Shown one piece after another: positions 1 to 6,724 of a stretch of DNA of 35,294 nucleotides (position 1 is the first letter of the stretch; every line of letters starts with the position of its first letter). Both the position numbers and the translations under genes were made by a program. Source of the stretch: a virus (lineage: Duplodnaviria > Caudoviricetes); the IMG/VR virus record IMGVR_UViG_3300025470_000005, positions 1 through 35,294 of that record. The stretch is one strand, 5' to 3'. Below the pieces are notes generated by a model. The model had not been told where the DNA came from. It did not search any database and saw nothing but the letters and a program-made list of their open reading frames with translations.

Positions 1-99
1 GCTCGCTGTGGTTGTTGTCACCCACGTCATGTGTGCTCACACCACTTGGTCTTTGTACGCGGGCCTTGATCTGATTGAGAGGTTTGACTGTCACGACTT
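1..99. repeat. 99-bp terminal direct repeat, copy 1 (circular assembly overlap)
   Basis: Positions 1-99 are identical to 35196-35294. A length of 99 is a common assembler k-mer. Confidence 0.95.
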
Positions 100-492
100 G
101 ATGTTCCTTAGTTTGGCAACAGCGTCAGCAAAGGCCTCAGCTTTGGCTTGAGCCACATCTTCTGACTCCACAGTTTCAACGTGTTGACGATCAGCTATGA
201 CCTTGCCCAGCAGCACCTTGTCATAGTCTCTCACACCCGTATGGTCTCCACGCGTCAATGCTTCCACATAGTTTAGTGCAATCTGTTCAGCATAGTCTTT
301 ACCAAGGTGACGACCCAGGCTTTGCAACAAGCCATCCATTGTGATCTTGTTGGTTGATCCTTTGGGACGTCCAGCACCAGCACGTGCGCCTCCACGACTT
401 GGCGTCTTAGATTTATAACTGCCACGCACTTTGACTGTGCCAGGCATGGCGATGACGTTGGTGTCTTGGGTGGGTTTGTCAGAACTGTTCAT
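91..492 (-). CDS. Candidate terminase small subunit / DNA-packaging DNA-binding protein
   Basis: Contains GGARAGAGRPKGSTNKIT, typical of TerS-like N-termini, followed by a helical core. First gene after a TAAATA motif. Its TGA overlaps the GTG of the 35041-35289 ORF across the junction (GTGA). Confidence 0.55.
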   Translation of the reverse strand: MNSSDKPTQDTNVIAMPGTVKVRGSYKSKTPSRGGARAGAGRPKGSTNKITMDGLLQSLGRHLGKDYAEQIALNYVEALTRGDHTGVRDYDKVLLGKVIADRQHVETVESEDVAQAKAEAFADAVAKLRNIKS

Positions 493-497
493 ACAGT

Positions 498-504
498 TAT
501 TTAG
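498..504 (-). promoter_or_regulatory. Late-promoter core CTAAATA
   Basis: CTAAATA-actgt-ATG, 5 nt before the start of 91-492, with no SD and no -35. Likely a leaderless transcript. Confidence 0.65.
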
Positions 505-567
505 CTTAAGATTTTTCAGAATCCTTTTCCGTTAGCGCGGGTTTGGCGTAGCAGATCGTTTGGTCAC

Positions 568-591
568 AAAAAAGCCCACACCAAGGTGGGC
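568..591 (-). terminator. Intrinsic terminator ending the early block
   Basis: Minus strand reads GCCCAC-cttggt-GTGGGC-TTTTTT, between the last early gene and the TerS-candidate promoter. Confidence 0.8.
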
Positions 592-621
592 CAAAACCTA
601 TAAACGGGGAGGCTTTAGGTT

Positions 622-831
622 TTAATAGAAAAATGTTTTTGATTCGTAATCATCCAGGATGTTTTTATCAACAAACAATCCTATTAATACAATATTAGGA
701 TGTGATGGATCAACAAAAAACCATTCAAAGTTGGTCCAAGGATCAGACTGTTGCTGTTGATATTCTGGATATTCATCCAGGAGATCTTTTAAATGCGGAT
801 TCTGTTCTAGTTGTAGTTGAGTAATAATCAT
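622..831 (-). CDS. Hypothetical protein, 69 aa (SHPNI-motif paralogue)
   Basis: ORF downstream of a consensus sigma70 promoter. Shares F.V..SHPNI..I with 919-1167. Confidence 0.7.
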   Translation of the reverse strand: MIITQLQLEQNPHLKDLLDEYPEYQQQQSDPWTNFEWFFVDPSHPNIVLIGLFVDKNILDDYESKTFFY

Positions 832-888
832 TAATGATTCTCATTGAGGCTTTAGGGTAAGCCTCCTAATGTTTAACAATGTGTGTTT

Positions 889-917
889 ATTATACTAATT
901 TTATTCATTTATGTCAA
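889..917 (-). promoter_or_regulatory. Consensus sigma70 promoter
   Basis: Minus strand TTGACA-17 nt-TATAAT, an exact consensus. Confidence 0.85.
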
Positions 918-918
918 A

Positions 919-1167
919 TCAACCGCATGTCTGGTGGCTGTAGCGGAGCCAGTCAACAAACTTCACAGGACCCGCATCATCATCATACCAATCATGTTGA
1001 CTCAACTTCATTAAGATAAAAGCAATGTTTGGATGGCTTTCTTTAACCAAAAACACATTTTTATGATAGATGTAGTTGTACTCTAGTGTGGCATCTTCAG
1101 GCCAAATCAGTTCATAGAGGTTGTTTCCCCTGTTAACCAAGTCATCAGGTATTTGTAGATAACGCAT
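919..1167 (-). CDS. Hypothetical protein, 82 aa (SHPNI-motif paralogue)
   Basis: Abuts the stop of 1168-1674. Contains FLVKESHPNIAFI. Confidence 0.7.
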   Translation of the reverse strand: MRYLQIPDDLVNRGNNLYELIWPEDATLEYNYIYHKNVFLVKESHPNIAFILMKLSQHDWYDDDAGPVKFVDWLRYSHQTCG

Positions 1168-1674
1168 TTACCAGTTTTCAATCCATTCAACATCTACACA
1201 CTTGCTAGGGCTTGCCAAAAACAGTTCATGTTCTCCCCAAGGCAAAGTATATCTAAAACCCAAATTCACATAATAGTCAGTATTGTCATCTAACTTTGCC
1301 AAATCAATCACAATGATTTCTATACCTTGTGTTCTTAGTTTTAGCAGAGTATTGCGTAGCACTCCTTTGCCGCGTGATCTAGGTTCTACATAGACATCTT
1401 CTACGCACCAAACGGGCTGTGCTGATGTGTGATCTTTGCCAATACTGGGGCGAATCATTGTCACATAACCAATAGTGCGTCCTTTGTGTTTAATCCAAAG
1501 ACATTTGCTGGTGTTTTCAAATGTTGCGTCCCAATGCTGTTTGGGCACACCTGCTACCACTTGATAGCCTTGTCGCCATTGTGTGCTAGAATTGTATTCA
1601 GCTACATAACGTTGTTGCCAAACATTAAAAATAGCATGATCAGACAGTTTTGCAGGTATGAGATCAAAGTTCAT
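1168..1674 (-). CDS. GNAT-family N-acetyltransferase
   Basis: Acetyl-CoA motif A (VEDVYVEPRSRGKGV) and motif B (YYVNLGF). Confidence 0.8.
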   Translation of the reverse strand: MNFDLIPAKLSDHAIFNVWQQRYVAEYNSSTQWRQGYQVVAGVPKQHWDATFENTSKCLWIKHKGRTIGYVTMIRPSIGKDHTSAQPVWCVEDVYVEPRSRGKGVLRNTLLKLRTQGIEIIVIDLAKLDDNTDYYVNLGFRYTLPWGEHELFLASPSKCVDVEWIENW

Positions 1675-1683
1675 AGTGTGCTT

Positions 1684-2049
1684 TCATTTGTAACGGGTAC
1701 AGACATGTGTGATCAATGCCCATTGTACAGTGTCAGGCCAGGCATACTGCCAAGTAGCATTTGGTGTGTTGGCTTGATATGTAACGTCCGTGGCTACAAT
1801 TCTTGTTTCATATGTGACTCTGTAGCTGTGGCTTGGGCAGTGACATTCAACACGCTGTACAGTTTGAGCGTTGTCATCATGTCTGCGGGTCCAAGCCACT
1901 AGAACTAGTCCTTGTGCCGCATGATGTGTCACGCTGGAGCTGTCATACTCATAGTCATAGTCGCTTTGATCTACAGCATAAGGCACCCATGTGGCAGCTG
2001 GCGCTGAAAGACTCAGTGTTAACGCTAAGACGCCAAGTGTGCGTTTCAT
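1684..2049 (-). CDS. Secreted/periplasmic protein, surface-adhesin-E-like
   Basis: Sec signal peptide MKRTLGVLALTLSLSAPA, then W..Y.D..S, a Cys and a C-terminal VC pattern resembling adhesin-E-family domains. Confidence 0.5.
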   Translation of the reverse strand: MKRTLGVLALTLSLSAPAATWVPYAVDQSDYDYEYDSSSVTHHAAQGLVLVAWTRRHDDNAQTVQRVECHCPSHSYRVTYETRIVATDVTYQANTPNATWQYAWPDTVQWALITHVCTRYK

Positions 2050-2219
2050 ACCAGTCCTGAGTAGTCCTGTTTGAAACTGTTGACAAACTCTGCCACATCC
2101 CTGTTTAGGTTGTCACGCATCCACAAGTGCAAGTAGTCGCCCAGTTCAGGCAAGTAGACCACAAGCTCTTCAGGAGTAAAACTTTTGAATACTGCCAGTT
2201 TAAATTCAAGTTGTGTCAT
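2046..2219 (-). CDS. Hypothetical protein, 57 aa (not in ORF track)
   Basis: MTQLEFKLAVFKSFTPEELVVYLPELGDYLHLW...; overlaps both neighbours by 4 nt, filling the gap exactly. Confidence 0.7.
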   Translation of the reverse strand: MTQLEFKLAVFKSFTPEELVVYLPELGDYLHLWMRDNLNRDVAEFVNSFKQDYSGLV

Positions 2220-2446
2220 AGTGCTGCCTCCAAATAGTTTGCTCTGCGAAACAATACATCATCATAGCATAATCCTATCTGTTGCTTTTCCCAACCTTCA
2301 GCACGAAGTTGATCAAAAAATTTGGATTTTTCTTCAGCATTCATATCAACCACATGGTCTTGAATTTCGCTTACAGTCATTGTGTCATAACTTTCTACAA
2401 TTTGTACAGGCATGGGTTTACCAAACATTTTTTCATAGTGATTCAT
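2216..2446 (-). CDS. Hypothetical protein, 76 aa
   Basis: ATGA overlap with the upstream gene 2443-2685. Confidence 0.75.
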   Translation of the reverse strand: MNHYEKMFGKPMPVQIVESYDTMTVSEIQDHVVDMNAEEKSKFFDQLRAEGWEKQQIGLCYDDVLFRRANYLEAAL

Positions 2447-2685
2447 TCTGCGGCCTCCAACTCTTTGCGAAGTTGGCGATGTTCTTCAACATCAAGATAT
2501 TGTTCTGCTATGTTCCATTTTACAAAGTTTAAATCATCTTCAAACCAATCCCAAGCATCATCTAAACTGTTGTATGTCTTACACAGATATGTTGCCTTGC
2601 CTTTGACCATTTTGGGTTTATTGGCAATCATAGCCAGGCATATTCTCTTTAGGGTGGCTTCTGGTGATAATACGCAATAGGTCAT
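2443..2685 (-). CDS. Hypothetical protein, 80 aa
   Basis: SD AAGGAC upstream; first gene after the repeat promoter at 2715-2767. Confidence 0.75.
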   Translation of the reverse strand: MTYCVLSPEATLKRICLAMIANKPKMVKGKATYLCKTYNSLDDAWDWFEDDLNFVKWNIAEQYLDVEEHRQLRKELEAAE

Positions 2686-2714
2686 TTGGGGTCCTTGTGT
2701 GTTTGTGTAGTGTT

Positions 2715-2767
2715 ATTATAGCGCACTTGTCATTTTTGACAAAATGCGCTGTTGTGTTTATGCAACA
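2715..2767 (-). promoter_or_regulatory. Early promoter repeat with upstream palindrome (copy C)
   Basis: TGTTGCATAAACACAACA ... TTGTCAAAAATGACAAGTGCGC-TATAAT. Confidence 0.75.
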
Positions 2768-2985
2768 GTATCTTGTGCGTAAGCGTTGTAGATTTCAACG
2801 TATTGGCGGATAGCTGTGTTGGCTCTGCGTTCAGCACAGTATTCAAAGTCCTTAAATGCTTCAAAAGCCGCGTCAAGTTCTTCCATATCTCTTGTGCGGC
2901 GTGCCAAGAACTCATAGATGTGTTGAGCCAAATCTGTTTCCAGTGTTGCCAGCTCTTGTTCGTTAAGTTTGATTGTGTGTGTCAT
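2758..2985 (-). CDS. Hypothetical protein, 75 aa
   Basis: Start moved to ATG 2985, which has SD AAAGGAC. The stop lies inside the palindrome (protein ends ...TVA*). Confidence 0.75.
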   Translation of the reverse strand: MTHTIKLNEQELATLETDLAQHIYEFLARRTRDMEELDAAFEAFKDFEYCAERRANTAIRQYVEIYNAYAQDTVA

Positions 2986-2991
2986 TTGCTG

Positions 2992-3067
2992 TCCTTTTGT
3001 GTTAAAGTAGTTCAATTATAGCGCACTTGTCTTTTTGGCACAAATGCCGTGTTGCATTTAAGCAACA
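2992..3067 (-). repeat. Early promoter/leader repeat (copy A, 76 bp)
   Basis: Matches 3236-3311 with one mismatch. Contains the palindrome, TTGTGC-17-TATAAT, leader and AAAAGGA SD. Confidence 0.9.
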
Positions 3068-3228
3068 CCTTGCTTGACAAAGTAGGCTGCTTGACGTGCC
3101 ATAGATCCATAGCGTACAGCGCCTGCACGTGCCATTGTGCGGGCCTGTTCTTGATCTACGCCAGACTGTGTCAAAAACTCATAGATTACAAGTTCAATGT
3201 CTGCAGGTGTGATTTTTTGCTGTGCCAT
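3058..3228 (-). CDS. Hypothetical protein, 56 aa (not in ORF track)
   Basis: MAQQKITPADIELVIYEFLTQSG...KQGVA*; SD AAAGGAAC; lies exactly between repeat copies A and B. Confidence 0.75.
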   Translation of the reverse strand: MAQQKITPADIELVIYEFLTQSGVDQEQARTMARAGAVRYGSMARQAAYFVKQGVA

Positions 3229-3235
3229 TTTCAGT

Positions 3236-3311
3236 TCCTTTTGTGTTAAAGTAGTTCAATTATAGCGCACTTGTCTTTTTGGCACAAATGCCGTGTTGCA
3301 TTTACGCAACA
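3236..3311 (-). repeat. Early promoter/leader repeat (copy B, 76 bp)
   Basis: Near-identical to 2992-3067. Confidence 0.9.
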
Positions 3312-3538
3312 GCCAATAGTGTTGTGCGGCTTGCTTGCCACAAGTCATCTAGGGGCTCAATCAACTCTATGTGTGTGGTCTCGCCAGCAAACGCACGCCA
3401 ACGGGCAAACTTTTGTTTACGTAGGTCGCCAAGTACAGCACGACAGCGTTGTTTATAGCGATCGCGTGTTGTTTTAACAAGTACCTCACGGCCAGGATGC
3501 GCGGGCGCACTGACACGTAGATATACAAGATCAATCAT
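3302..3538 (-). CDS. Hypothetical basic protein, 78 aa
   Basis: SD TAGGAG; ends ...AVA* inside the palindrome. Confidence 0.7.
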   Translation of the reverse strand: MIDLVYLRVSAPAHPGREVLVKTTRDRYKQRCRAVLGDLRKQKFARWRAFAGETTHIELIEPLDDLWQASRTTLLAVA

Positions 3539-3565
3539 AATAGACTCCTAAGTGGTTGAATTGTT

Positions 3566-3618
3566 ATTGTAGCGCAAGTGTCTTTTTGGCACAAATCTAC
3601 TGTTGCGTTTTTGCAACA
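3566..3618 (-). promoter_or_regulatory. Early promoter repeat with palindrome (copy D)
   Basis: TGTTGCAAAAACGCAACA ... TTGTGCCAAAAAGACACTTGCGC-TACAAT. Confidence 0.75.
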
Positions 3619-3887
3619 CGGGGCTTGCGGGCTGTTCGTGGCTTTTTTACAACAGGTTCACTTGGTGGTGCGTTGAGCCAAGTTATGCCCAGTGCAGTAT
3701 AACCTGGGTTCAAGAGTTCTGCTTGACGTTCTGCTGTGATGGCATTGGCAGCTTCAACTTCACATGTGATCGTAAAGTTCTTGATCAGTTGTATCCTGTA
3801 TTGATTCATAATGATTTGTTGTGCGAGGTCTACCAGGTGGGCGTCGTCGTAGGCTGGGCCATTCAGGCGCGCCACCAAGACACTCAT
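3597..3887 (-). CDS. Hypothetical protein with basic C-terminal tail
   Basis: Ends KKPRTARKPRVAKTQQ. Start is uncertain because it overlaps 3760-4056; the internal MNQY Met is an alternative. Confidence 0.6.
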   Translation of the reverse strand: MSVLVARLNGPAYDDAHLVDLAQQIIMNQYRIQLIKNFTITCEVEAANAITAERQAELLNPGYTALGITWLNAPPSEPVVKKPRTARKPRVAKTQQ

Positions 3888-4056
3888 GGTCCTTGTTGCT
3901 CACTGTGGTAAGGATTTTGCCGCAGCCTGGACAGGGGTATTTGGGCCTAAGTCTGTTTGGAATCTCTGCATCCACTGCCCAATCCTTAAAAAACTTATAG
4001 TACTCTTTGACCACTGTCCAGCCTGTGGGCCGCTTTTGATAGATGGTTACTTTCAC
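3760..4056 (-). CDS. Putative zinc-finger protein
   Basis: CPGC-x11-H-x-C plus an AT-hook-like RPPGRPR. Proposed GTG start 4 nt after GTAAATA (4061-4067). Confidence 0.45.
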   Translation of the reverse strand: MKVTIYQKRPTGWTVVKEYYKFFKDWAVDAEIPNRLRPKYPCPGCGKILTTVSNKDHECLGGAPEWPSLRRRPPGRPRTTNHYESIQDTTDQELYDHM

Positions 4057-4063
4057 CCAGTAT

Positions 4064-4480
4064 TTACTGGGTAAACAACTGGCTGTAATTGTTTGTGGGC
4101 TTGGGTGCCTGTCCTGCTGCGTTGGGCAAGTCAATGCCTGCACAGCGATTGTAAGTCTCGCGCATGGTCATGATGGCGGCCCAAGCATGGCGTTTGGTTT
4201 CACGCTTGTCAAGACTGCGTGGCTTGCTCATGTCAAGGTTCAAGCGTGCCTGTCTAATGTTGGCACTGTCATGTGAACGAAATGCACCAGGTTCCATGTC
4301 TTGCATTTCTTCAAGTGCTGTCAACATGTTGTCCCAATCCTCATTGGAGAACACATGCAGGTACTCACCCCATATCTGTTTGTTGTTGATGTTGATGGGC
4401 TCGTTGGTATCAGTGATCACTGAGTTCAACATGCGTGCCACATCAAATACCTGTTCTAGTCCTTTAACTGCGTTTGCCAT
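4064..4480 (-). CDS. Hypothetical helical protein, 138 aa
   Basis: SD AAAGG, coupled to the upstream gene; no family recognised. Confidence 0.75.
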   Translation of the reverse strand: MANAVKGLEQVFDVARMLNSVITDTNEPININNKQIWGEYLHVFSNEDWDNMLTALEEMQDMEPGAFRSHDSANIRQARLNLDMSKPRSLDKRETKRHAWAAIMTMRETYNRCAGIDLPNAAGQAPKPTNNYSQLFTQ

Positions 4481-4481
4481 T

Positions 4482-4682
4482 TTATTTGCCTTTCTTTAAG
4501 TTGTTGAGTAAATCTTTGAGTCTGGTTGTTGGTGTTTGCTGGTGTTGAGATTTGATACTGGCCAATATATCCTCAGCCCTAGAGGGTATATCTTGTACAT
4601 CTACACCTCTGAGATGTTCAAGATTTTGATTAAGTCGTATGACTTGTTCAAGTAGTAGTTCAAGTAGTTTAGTTTTTTTCAT
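4482..4682 (-). CDS. Hypothetical coiled-coil protein, 66 aa
   Basis: SD AAAGGA; Leu-rich heptads. Confidence 0.65.
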   Translation of the reverse strand: MKKTKLLELLLEQVIRLNQNLEHLRGVDVQDIPSRAEDILASIKSQHQQTPTTRLKDLLNNLKKGK

Positions 4683-4704
4683 ACATTTCCTTTGTGGTTG
4701 ATTG

Positions 4705-5047
4705 AGAGATCTCTTAACAGAGATCTAATTAACTTCTTGCGAAGTTAATTTGTTTTCTTATTTAATACATCTTGTTGGAGCCGTAGGAACGGCTAACGCA
4801 AAGTTCTTAAAAAAAAGAGAAGTTGCGTGAACCGTTTCCTATAACTCCAACTGAACTGCATCTTGCGTCCCCATAAGGGGCGGCCTTTCAGCGAGGTTAC
4901 TTACGCCAGGTAATTATTGGGGAGACCTGTCTCATAGTCTACTCCCCGCCACATTGCTGTGACACCTGATGGCACCCCTGTTGTTCCCGTTTCGCGTAAG
5001 TTACTTTGGGCAGGTCTGGATTCGTTAGCCGTTATCATCTTAATCCA
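4705..5047 (-). ncRNA. Candidate large structured RNA / origin region
   Basis: Intergenic gap of about 370 nt with many stems, two GCAA tetraloops on the minus strand and an 11-bp perfect long-range inverted repeat (4788-4798 / 5023-5033). Confidence 0.5.
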
Positions 5048-5051
5048 AGTT

Positions 5052-5426
5052 TTAAGGGTTCTGTCTCAATGCCTTGATGCGTGTTCTATTTTGTGCCATA
5101 ATGTGTTCCCGTGAGTCAATTGCCATAACGATGTTGTTAAACTTTTTCCAAAACTTTTTATTCAATGGATAGCCTTTTTTATAGACTATATTCCAGTAAG
5201 CACCCCATGTGGCCTGCTCACTGAGATTCATTCTATGCCAAAGATCATCACGTATGTTGATCAGTATAATCACATCCGTGATTTGTGTGTGCCCATCCAA
5301 GTCATCCAAGTTGATGCCTTTGGTGCGTAACCATAGACCCACATTCCATTCTTGTCGTTGGGCATTAAGTTCATTGCTGTTGGCAGAACTCAATTTATTA
5401 TATTTTAGTGATGTATTGTTGCTCAT
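5052..5426 (-). CDS. Hypothetical protein, 124 aa
   Basis: Trp-rich globular-looking ORF; no family recognised. Confidence 0.7.
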   Translation of the reverse strand: MSNNTSLKYNKLSSANSNELNAQRQEWNVGLWLRTKGINLDDLDGHTQITDVIILINIRDDLWHRMNLSEQATWGAYWNIVYKKGYPLNKKFWKKFNNIVMAIDSREHIMAQNRTRIKALRQNP

Positions 5427-5577
5427 AAGTTGTTTGCCTATTTTGCTACCCCAGGAAAAGGTAGTGTGCTAGTTGATTCACGCAACCCCAACTAGCAAAA
5501 GTCTCCTACAGGGCTTTTGGCCAAACAACCCGTATCGTTGCGATACTGATAAAAACAAAGGCCCTGTGCGTATAAAG

Positions 5578-5584
5578 TATTTAG
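5578..5584 (-). promoter_or_regulatory. Late-promoter core CTAAATA
   Basis: Immediately upstream of the structured leader 5441-5570. Confidence 0.55.
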
Positions 5585-5625
5585 CTATTATTGCAAAAGA
5601 CTGTGTTTTTTGCAATCATTTTGGT

Positions 5626-5636
5626 TAAATATTTAG
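5626..5636. promoter_or_regulatory. Overlapping TAAATA cores on both strands (TAAATATTTA palindrome)
   Basis: TAAATA on + (5626-5631) and CTAAATA on - (5630-5636). Confidence 0.4.
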
Positions 5637-5703
5637 GCTCGCTGATCAAGTGGCTGCAAGAGAGATGCTGGTGATCTGGTTTTGCCACTTTCCCCACCTA
5701 GGC

Positions 5704-6000
5704 TTACCTCTGGCGAGCACTGATAGTTTCACCATTGAGACCCACAATGCCCACTTGTGGTTCCTCAGCCTGCTTACGCATTTCAATAGCCTGATTGGCC
5801 AGTTGAATGTATTCTGGTGTAAGTTCACCCTCACGCACAAAACCACGCAGGATCATGTTGACAAGACTAAAAATGTCTTGCTCAGTCATGCCTTGTGATT
5901 CCATGGCCAGTACCACATCTTCCAACACATGGATTAGACTTTTGTGTTGATGTTGTGGTTTGATAAACTTGTTGTCGTATTTGTTGTATTTTGTTTTCAT
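5704..6000 (-). CDS. Hypothetical protein, about 98 aa
   Basis: ATG at 6000 preferred because the TTG start at 6012 falls in the terminator U-tract. Confidence 0.65.
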   Translation of the reverse strand: MKTKYNKYDNKFIKPQHQHKSLIHVLEDVVLAMESQGMTEQDIFSLVNMILRGFVREGELTPEYIQLANQAIEMRKQAEEPQVGIVGLNGETISARQR

Positions 6001-6010
6001 AATTTCAGTC

Positions 6011-6112
6011 AAAAAAAGAGCCTAAGAAATGGCTGTAACTTAGGCTCAACCCCAGTGACGGGGATGTGTAGTTAAAGGACAGCGTTTTAAGCTGGGAAAG
6101 GAACCTACACAT
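6011..6112 (-). ncRNA. Candidate ~100-nt sRNA
   Basis: GTAAATA core at 6115-6121, stem ATGTGTAG/CTACACAT, CCCC/GGGG hairpin, then terminator GAGCCTAAG/CTTAGGCTC followed by T7. Confidence 0.6.
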
Positions 6113-6117
6113 TGTAT

Positions 6118-6657
6118 TTACTTGAGCCATTTATAACCATTTACAAAAGTCCACTTGATGCGGCTTGCTATGGTCTTGTTGGTGTTGTACTTGACAGCAA
6201 TGTCTGCTGTGCTGGCTGTGCGAATCCATTTGATTTCTTCATCAGTGTATTTGTACTTGCGATTTTGTTTGGCTGGTACACGTGGTCTTGGACCAGTCTT
6301 GCCACAACTTTGTGTGCCCTTCTCACGCATGAGTCTGTTGCGATCATACAGTGTGCCAATGGTTAAATGATCTGGATTGACACAGCTGGGGTGACATGCA
6401 ACTTGATGCATCACGCATTCTTTTGGGTCTAAGGGCAGTCCAGTTTTGATACGCATGGCCACACGGTGTGCTGTTGCCATGATGTCCTTGTTGTCTTTGA
6501 TACGCACAGCACCAATCATACCATAACCTTGTGGATGTTTGGCACCAACAAAGTGTATGCAGCCATTTGATTGTGTTTCCAACTTGCTTTCGTAGAAATT
6601 GAGATCTACCAACAAGTCGCCAACTTTGGTAAATTCTTTTGAACTACGCTTTGGCAT
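6118..6657 (-). CDS. HNH endonuclease-like protein with C-terminal HTH
   Basis: NGC..F.G....GYG, AHRVA, VMH..CHPSCVNPDHL..GT, then KYTDEEIKWIR...IAVKYN.. Confidence 0.85.
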   Translation of the reverse strand: MPKRSSKEFTKVGDLLVDLNFYESKLETQSNGCIHFVGAKHPQGYGMIGAVRIKDNKDIMATAHRVAMRIKTGLPLDPKECVMHQVACHPSCVNPDHLTIGTLYDRNRLMREKGTQSCGKTGPRPRVPAKQNRKYKYTDEEIKWIRTASTADIAVKYNTNKTIASRIKWTFVNGYKWLK

Positions 6658-6670
6658 AATGTCTCCTTTT

Positions 6671-6708
6671 GTTTATTTATAGTTGTTGTACAATACAACT
6701 AAATAAAC
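6671..6708. promoter_or_regulatory. Divergent late-type promoters
   Basis: Exact T4 consensus TATAAATA on - (6674-6681) facing the HNH gene and CTAAATA on + (6699-6705) facing the GNAT gene, arranged as an inverted repeat. Confidence 0.7.
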
Positions 6709-6724
6709 TTATAGGACGTACAAA

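Noticed and set aside
1-99. Terminal repeat as a biological direct terminal repeat
   Set aside because: It is exactly 99 bp, a common k-mer length, and cuts through a gene coupled to its neighbour across the junction. An assembly overlap of a circular or permuted genome explains it best.
2715-3618. CRISPR array or integron attC array
   Set aside because: The spacers are gene-sized coding cassettes of about 250-300 bp, the repeats contain promoters and an SD, and no cas or integrase gene is present.
4855-4945. Group I intron core (AGACUA and AAGAUGCAGUUC resemble R and S elements)
   Set aside because: The putative P7 pairing is imperfect and no interrupted gene flanks it. Kept only as an Rfam test.
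4901-5038. 45-aa minus-strand ORF MITANESRPAQ... inside the structured region
   Set aside because: No SD and no recognisable features; the dense base-pairing explains the sequence better. It cannot be fully excluded.
6060-6104. Plus-strand GGA repeats as a CsrA/RsmA sponge
   Set aside because: The promoter core and terminator U-tract both point to the minus strand, and the GGAs are not in hairpin loops.
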